From: Patescibacteria group bacterium
Lineage (GTDB): Bacteria > Patescibacteriota > Minisyncoccia > Minisyncoccales > Minisyncoccaceae
Assembly: GCA_030156465.1 (NCBI GenBank)
Contig: JASGMO010000001.1
Coordinates: 1-32,026 of the forward strand
DNA length: 32,026 nucleotides
Direction of reading: 5' to 3'
Part shown: positions 26,772 through 32,026 of the stretch, piece after piece
How the letters are laid out: each line of letters starts with the position of its first letter
How positions within the stretch are numbered: position 1 is the stretch's first letter
Notes under the pieces: generated by a model
The model's database searches: none
The model's input: only the letters and a program-made list of their open reading frames with translations
Told to the model about the DNA's origin: nothing
Made by a program: the position numbers and the translations under genes

Positions 26772-27188
26772 ATGCCAACAATAAGACAATTAATCAGAAA
26801 AAATAGAAAACCATTAAAAGTGAAAGACAAGACGCCTGCTTTGGCTTTTGGATTTAATCCATTAAAGAACAAGCCAAAGAAATATGACTCTTCATTTAAG
26901 AAAGGAGTTTGTCTAAAAGTTTTTACAACTACACCTAAAAAACCTAACTCAGCTTTGAGAAAGGTTTGTAGGGTTAGATTAAGTAATGGAAGTGAAGTTT
27001 CAGCATATATCCCAGGAGAAGGGCACAATCTACAAGAGCACTCAATTGTAATGATAAGAGGTGGAAGAGTTAAAGATTTGCCGGGTGTAAGATATCATGT
27101 TGTTCGTGGTAGATTTGATTGTGCTGGAGTTGAAGGAAGAAAAAAGAAAAGAAGTTCTTACGGAGTTAAAAAACCAACATCTAATTAA
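26772..27188 (+). CDS. rpsL: 30S ribosomal protein S12
   Basis: [28 protein letters not shown]. Confidence 0.99.
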   Translation: MPTIRQLIRKNRKPLKVKDKTPALAFGFNPLKNKPKKYDSSFKKGVCLKVFTTTPKKPNSALRKVCRVRLSNGSEVSAYIPGEGHNLQEHSIVMIRGGRVKDLPGVRYHVVRGRFDCAGVEGRKKKRSSYGVKKPTSN

Positions 27189-27193
27189 AGCAT

Positions 27194-27664
27194 ATGCCAA
27201 CAGGATTAAAATTTAAGAAAAAAGTAATATTACCTGATGCGGTTTACAACGATGCACTTGTTGCAAAGTTTATAAACCAGGTCATGTTAAATGGTAAAAA
27301 AAGTGTAGCTCAAAAAATAGTCTATGGTGCTTTTGATATTATTAAAGAGCAGACTAAAAAAGAACCATTAGATGTTTTTAAATTAGCGATTCAAAATGTT
27401 TCTCCTACATTGGAAGTTAAGCCAAAAAGAGTTGGAGGAGCAACATATCAAGTTCCTATGGAAGTTAAAGGGAATAGAAAATTAAGCCTAGCAATGAAGT
27501 GGATTATTGCATCTTCAAGAAATAAAAAGGGGAAAGCGATGAAAAACAGGCTAGCCGAAGAATTAATAGAGGCCTCTGAAAATAGAGGAAATTCAGTAAA
27601 GAAAAAAGAGAATATGCATAAGATGGCAGAAGCAAATAGAGCTTTTGCTCATTTTGCATCTTAA
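27194..27664 (+). CDS. rpsG: 30S ribosomal protein S7
   Basis: [30 protein letters not shown]. Confidence 0.99.
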   Translation: MPTGLKFKKKVILPDAVYNDALVAKFINQVMLNGKKSVAQKIVYGAFDIIKEQTKKEPLDVFKLAIQNVSPTLEVKPKRVGGATYQVPMEVKGNRKLSLAMKWIIASSRNKKGKAMKNRLAEELIEASENRGNSVKKKENMHKMAEANRAFAHFAS

Positions 27665-27676
27665 TAATCAACATAT

Positions 27677-29788
27677 ATGAGTCGCCAATATCCAATAGAA
27701 AAATATAGAAACATAGGAATTATTGCTCACATTGATGCCGGTAAGACAACAACGACCGAGAGGTTTTTGTTTTACACTGGAATTTCTCATAAAATAGGAG
27801 AAGTTCATGAAGGTGAAGCAATTATGGACTGGATGGAACAAGAAAGAGAAAGGGGCATTACTATTACTTCTGCTGCTACTACTTGTTTTTGGTCTCCCGG
27901 AGAGTATTTAACTAAAGAAAAAACGGATACTCACAGAATAAACCTTATTGATACTCCTGGCCACATTGATTTTACAGCTGAAGTACAAAGAAGTTTAAGA
28001 GTGCTAGATGGAGCAGTTGTTGTTTTTGATGGTGTTGCTGGAGTAGAGGCTCAATCAGAAACTGTTTGGAGGCAAGCCGATAAATATAATGTTCCTAGGA
28101 TTTGCTTTATTAATAAGTTAGATAGAATGGGTGCATCTTTTGAAAAAAGTTTGCAATCTATTTGGGACAAGCTAACCAAAGATGCAGTAGCGATTCAATA
28201 TCCGATTGGAGAAGAAGCACAATTTGAACAAGTTATTGACTTGATAGAAATGAAGGCCGTTAAGTTTGAAGGAGAGATGGGAAAAGATGTAATTTTCTTT
28301 GATATCCCTGAGAATATGATGGAAAAAGCAAAAGAATGGAGAGAAAAGATGATTGAAAAAATTGTTGCTGAGGATGAGGAATTAATGAATAAATATTTAG
28401 GAGGAGAAGAAATATCAGCAGAAGAATTAAAGAAAACTTTAAGAAAAGCAGTCATTGATTGCAAGCTTATTCCTGTTATGGTTGGATCTTCTTTAAAGAA
28501 TAAAGGAGTTCAGTTAGTTATTGATGCAGTTGTCTACTATCTTCCAAGCCCAGTTGATCTTCCAGCTATTCATGGAACAGATGTTAATAACGAAGAAGTT
28601 AAAATAGAAAGACATCCTGATGACAATGAACCATTTTCTGGTTTAGCTTTTAAAGTTGCAACAGATCCTTTTGTAGGGACACTAACATATGTAAGAGCAT
28701 ACTCAGGAAAGTTCACTAAAGGTGGTTATTTATACAATACAGTGACTCAAGAAAGAGAAAGAGTCAGCAGGATATTAAGAATGCACTCTAATGAAAGAGA
28801 AGAAGTGGAAGAAGTTTTTGCTGGTGATATTGTTGCTTTCGTAGGATTGAAAAATACATCTACGGGACATACGCTTTGCGATGAAAAAAATCAGTTAATT
28901 TTAGAAAAGATTGTTTTTCCAGAGCCAGTTATTTCTATTCAGGTTGAGCCAAAAGCCAAAGCTGATCAAGAAAAGATGGGAGCATCATTAAAAAAGCTTC
29001 AAGATGAAGATCCAACATTTAGAATGGAAACAGATCAAGAATCAGGAGAAACAATTTTATCAGGAATGGGAGAACTTCATTTAGATATTATTGTTGACAG
29101 ATTAAAAAGAGAGTTTAATGTTGAAACAAATGTTGGCAGACCTCAAGTTTCTTATAGAGAAACAATTGAAAGAAGTTCTGAAGCGGAATGTAAATATGTA
29201 AAGCAAACTGGAGGTAGAGGTCAATATGGTCATGTTAAGCTTAAAATTGAACCCAAGGAAAGAGGTGAAGGATTTGAATTTATTAATGAAATTAAAGGGG
29301 GAGTTATTCCTAGAGAATATATTCCGGCTGTGGAAAAAGGGGTTAAAGAAGCTATGGAAAAAGGAGTTGTTGCTGGATACCCTTTGATTGATATGAAGGT
29401 AGTCTTGCATGATGGATCTTTCCACGAAGTTGATTCTTCAGAATTAGCTTTTAAAATTGCTGGATCAATGGCGTTGCAAGATGGTGCCAAAAAAGCTGGA
29501 GCATATATCTTAGAGCCAATAATGAAATTAGAAGTTGTTATTCCACCAGAATTTTTAGGAGATGTAATTGGGGATTTATCTTCAAGAAGAGGTCAGATTG
29601 ACGAAACAATAGACAGGCCATCAGTTAAAGCGATTTATGCAAGGGTTCCTTTATCAGAAATGTTTAGTTATGCTACAACATTAAGATCACTAACTCAAGG
29701 AAGAGGAACATCATCAATGGAGTTTGAAAGCTATCAAAAAGTTCCAGGAAATATATCACAAGAAATAATAGAAGGTAAAAGAAGATAA
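27677..29788 (+). CDS. fusA: Elongation factor G
   Basis: [30 protein letters not shown]. Confidence 0.99.
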   Translation: MSRQYPIEKYRNIGIIAHIDAGKTTTTERFLFYTGISHKIGEVHEGEAIMDWMEQERERGITITSAATTCFWSPGEYLTKEKTDTHRINLIDTPGHIDFTAEVQRSLRVLDGAVVVFDGVAGVEAQSETVWRQADKYNVPRICFINKLDRMGASFEKSLQSIWDKLTKDAVAIQYPIGEEAQFEQVIDLIEMKAVKFEGEMGKDVIFFDIPENMMEKAKEWREKMIEKIVAEDEELMNKYLGGEEISAEELKKTLRKAVIDCKLIPVMVGSSLKNKGVQLVIDAVVYYLPSPVDLPAIHGTDVNNEEVKIERHPDDNEPFSGLAFKVATDPFVGTLTYVRAYSGKFTKGGYLYNTVTQERERVSRILRMHSNEREEVEEVFAGDIVAFVGLKNTSTGHTLCDEKNQLILEKIVFPEPVISIQVEPKAKADQEKMGASLKKLQDEDPTFRMETDQESGETILSGMGELHLDIIVDRLKREFNVETNVGRPQVSYRETIERSSEAECKYVKQTGGRGQYGHVKLKIEPKERGEGFEFINEIKGGVIPREYIPAVEKGVKEAMEKGVVAGYPLIDMKVVLHDGSFHEVDSSELAFKIAGSMALQDGAKKAGAYILEPIMKLEVVIPPEFLGDVIGDLSSRRGQIDETIDRPSVKAIYARVPLSEMFSYATTLRSLTQGRGTSSMEFESYQKVPGNISQEIIEGKRR

Positions 29789-29792
29789 AAAT

Positions 29793-29996
29793 ATGAACAT
29801 TCAAGAAATTAGAGAAATAATGGAAGAAGAAGGGGGGAAAATGATCATTCCTGGTGAAGACTCTCCTACCTTAATAATCATGACATTAGATGATTATAGA
29901 AAAGGGAAGGAGGTTAAGCATCAGAATAAAAAAAATAATCCTCCTAAAGAATTAGAAAAAGAACCTTTAACTATTGATGATCTTCCTTTTAATTAG
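29793..29996 (+). CDS. Small hypothetical protein (Phd/YefM-like N-terminus, DDLPF-like tail)
   Basis: 67-aa ORF filling the fusA-tuf gap, starting 4 nt after fusA stop. Confidence 0.75.
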   Translation: MNIQEIREIMEEEGGKMIIPGEDSPTLIIMTLDDYRKGKEVKHQNKKNNPPKELEKEPLTIDDLPFN

Positions 29997-29999
29997 TTA

Positions 30000-30027
30000 T
30001 TGACTTTTTTTAAAATTTCGTTAAAAT
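30000..30027 (+). promoter_or_regulatory. Internal promoter for tuf
   Basis: TTGACT-16 nt-TAAAAT. Confidence 0.65.
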
Positions 30028-30063
30028 AAATAAACATAATAAATAATAAAATAAATTAAAAAT

Positions 30064-31254
30064 ATGGCAGAGTTTACAAGAACAAAACCTCACTTGAATA
30101 TAGGAACCATTGGTCATGTTGACCACGGTAAGACTACTTTAAGTGCGGCAATATTACACGCTTTAGCTCTAAGAAGCGGAAGTGGGGCTGAAAAATCAGT
30201 TGAACAAATTGATTCAGCTCCTGAAGAAAAAGCAAGAGGTGTTACAATAAACATTTCTCATTTAGAGTACGAAACAGACAAGAGGCACTATGCTCACATT
30301 GATTGTCCAGGTCACGCTGATTATATTAAAAATATGATTACGGGTGCCGCTCAGATGGATGGAGCAATATTAGTTGTTGCTGCCACTGATGGCCCTATGC
30401 CTCAAACAAGAGAACATATTCTATTAGCTAAACAAGTCGGTTTACCATCTGTTGTAGTATTTTTAAACAAATGTGATATGGTTGAGGATACCGAAATGAT
30501 CGATCTAGTTGAGGACGAAGTAAGGGAATTATTGAAAAAATATGAATTTCCAGGTGATGAGCTTCCAGTAATTAGAGGCTCAGCTCTTAAAGCGTTAGAA
30601 GGAACATCTGTTGATGATGAATGGGTTAAAAAAGTATTGGAATTAATAGATCAATTAGACGCATATTTCCCCGAGCCAATTAGAGATAAAGAGAAACCAT
30701 TCCTTATGGCTATTGAAGATGTTTTCTCAATTGAAGGAAGAGGAACAGTTGCAACAGGAAGAATAGAAAGAGGAGCGATTAACTCTAACGAAGAAGTTGA
30801 AATTATTGGAATTAGACCAACAACTAAATCAACCGCTGTTTCAATAGAAATGTTTAATAAAACATTGACTTATGGAGAAGCAGGAGATAATGTTGGTATT
30901 CTATTAAGAGGATTAAAGAAGGAAGACATTGAAAGAGGTCAAGTATTAGCAAAACCAGGGACTATTACTCCTCACACTGAATTTACAGCACAAATCTATG
31001 TTTTAACAAAGGAAGAGGGGGGTAGACACACACCATTCTTCTCAGGATACAAACCACAATTCTTTATCAGAACAGCTGATATTACAGGTGATGTAGTTTT
31101 AGCAGAGGGAACAGAAATGGTTATGCCTGGTGATACAGTTGATGTTAATGTTAAGTTGATTGTGCCAGTAGCATTAGAAGAAAAACAAGGTTTTGCTATT
31201 AGAGAAGGTGGAAAAACAGTTGGCGCGGGAGTTATTACTAAGATTATAAAATAA
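30064..31254 (+). CDS. tuf: Elongation factor Tu
   Basis: [30 protein letters not shown]. Confidence 0.99.
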   Translation: MAEFTRTKPHLNIGTIGHVDHGKTTLSAAILHALALRSGSGAEKSVEQIDSAPEEKARGVTINISHLEYETDKRHYAHIDCPGHADYIKNMITGAAQMDGAILVVAATDGPMPQTREHILLAKQVGLPSVVVFLNKCDMVEDTEMIDLVEDEVRELLKKYEFPGDELPVIRGSALKALEGTSVDDEWVKKVLELIDQLDAYFPEPIRDKEKPFLMAIEDVFSIEGRGTVATGRIERGAINSNEEVEIIGIRPTTKSTAVSIEMFNKTLTYGEAGDNVGILLRGLKKEDIERGQVLAKPGTITPHTEFTAQIYVLTKEEGGRHTPFFSGYKPQFFIRTADITGDVVLAEGTEMVMPGDTVDVNVKLIVPVALEEKQGFAIREGGKTVGAGVITKIIK

Positions 31255-31260
31255 TAGAAA

Positions 31261-31602
31261 ATGGCAGTGGAAACTTCAAAAAAAACAGAAAGTACGTCTA
31301 AACTTAGGATTAAGTTAAAGGCATATGATCATAAAATAATTGATAAGAGCGCTCAGCAGATAATAGACATGGCTATACGCTGTGGTGTGAAAACTGCTGG
31401 GCCAGTTCCTTTGCCAATAGAAATTAGCAAGTTTACAGTTAATAGGTCAACATTTGTTCATAAGCCATCAAGGGAGCAATTTGAAATGAGAGTTCATAAG
31501 AGAATAATAGATATTCTATCTCCAAATGCAAAGGTGGTTGAGTCATTAAAAACACTTAATCTACCGGCAGGAGTAGATACAGAAATTAAAAGTATTTTAT
31601 AA
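31261..31602 (+). CDS. rpsJ: 30S ribosomal protein S10
   Basis: LRIKLKAYDH, GPVPLP, SREQFEMR.HKR.ID. Confidence 0.98.
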   Translation: MAVETSKKTESTSKLRIKLKAYDHKIIDKSAQQIIDMAIRCGVKTAGPVPLPIEISKFTVNRSTFVHKPSREQFEMRVHKRIIDILSPNAKVVESLKTLNLPAGVDTEIKSIL

Positions 31603-31633
31603 ATGATAACAGGAATATAATTTAATTAAATAT

Positions 31634-31675
31634 GGTAACACGCTAGTCTTGTCTAGGCTGGTTGCCTAGATTTTT
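31634..31675 (+). promoter_or_regulatory. Putative attenuator (terminator/antiterminator) upstream of rplC
   Basis: TCTAGGC/GCCTAGA hairpin plus T5, with competing GGTAAC/GTTGCC and TAGTCT/AGGCTG pairings. Confidence 0.6.
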
Positions 31676-31687
31676 ATTGTAAATAAC

Positions 31688-32026
31688 ATGAAATTCATAT
31701 TAGGAAAAAAAATTGAAATGAGTCAGATATTCAAAGAAGATGGAACAGTGGTTCCAGTGACTTTGGTTAAAACGGAAGAATGTAATGTTGTTCAAGTAAA
31801 AACAAAAGACAATGATGGCTACGAAGCGGTTAAGATTGGTTTTGAAAATTTGCCAGAAAGAAAGATTAAAAAATCAGGAACACCATATAGACATTTAAAA
31901 GAGTTTAAGGGCGACATCAATGAAACAAAAGCGGGAGATAAAATTTCATTAGAAATTTTTCAACTAGGAGATAGAGTTAAGGTTTCCGGAGTATCTAAAG
32001 GAAAAGGATTCCAAGGAGCAGTTAAG
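31688..32026 (+). CDS. rplC: 50S ribosomal protein L3, 5' part
   Basis: Hand translation MKFILGKKIEMSQIF..DG..VPVT...DGYEAVKIG...VSGVSKGKGFQGAVK; runs off the window, not in ORF track. Confidence 0.98.
   Translation, partial: MKFILGKKIEMSQIFKEDGTVVPVTLVKTEECNVVQVKTKDNDGYEAVKIGFENLPERKIKKSGTPYRHLKEFKGDINETKAGDKISLEIFQLGDRVKVSGVSKGKGFQGAVK

Noticed and set aside
75..29490. Minus-strand ORFs in the track other than rpmB (e.g. 13979-14707, 14975-15493, 21173-21613)
   Set aside because: Antisense shadows of well-supported + strand genes; Ser/Phe/Leu-rich mirror composition, no motifs
1..32026. Alternative genetic code (UGA recoding as in Gracilibacteria/Absconditabacteria)
   Set aside because: Conserved genes are uninterrupted in the standard code and TGA ends mnmA, iscS and iscU at expected positions

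Overview
AT-rich bacterial chromosomal window, standard genetic code (TGA used as stop, TGG as Trp), very dense and almost entirely on the + strand. Gene content and streamlining (truncated UvrA/UvrC/PrmC, stand-alone ComEC metallo-beta-lactamase domain, extended adenylate-kinase-like protein, membrane-anchored VirD4/HerA-like ATPase, UvrD-PD-(D/E)XK fusion) suggest a Patescibacteria/CPR (Parcubacteria-like) genome; this is an inference, not a database result. Order: 3' end of an RRM protein, uvrB-uvrA-uvrC, a membrane hypothetical, a coupled housekeeping block (tRNA-binding protein, SIMPL, FKBP, family-4 UDG, DUF167, DUF212, prmC, uppP, alkD), a VirD4/HerA-like ATPase plus three acidic unknowns, a helicase-nuclease fusion, gpsA, ferredoxin-mnmA-iscS-iscU-DUF1858-like, ComEC-MBL, adk-like, a compact 6S RNA, rpmB-tRNA-Pro(GGG) on the minus strand, M50 protease, SDR, then rpsL-rpsG-fusA-(67-aa insert)-tuf-rpsJ-rplC (partial). 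I saw no CRISPR array, prophage, transposase or recognisable defence system. Most interesting signals: a ~114-nt 6S RNA that keeps the pRNA switch, a terminator/antiterminator pair between rpsJ and rplC, repeated leaderless-type promoters with TAA-N-ATG gene coupling, a Phd-like microprotein with an SSB-tail-like end inside the str operon, and a possible coupling ATPase/cargo module.
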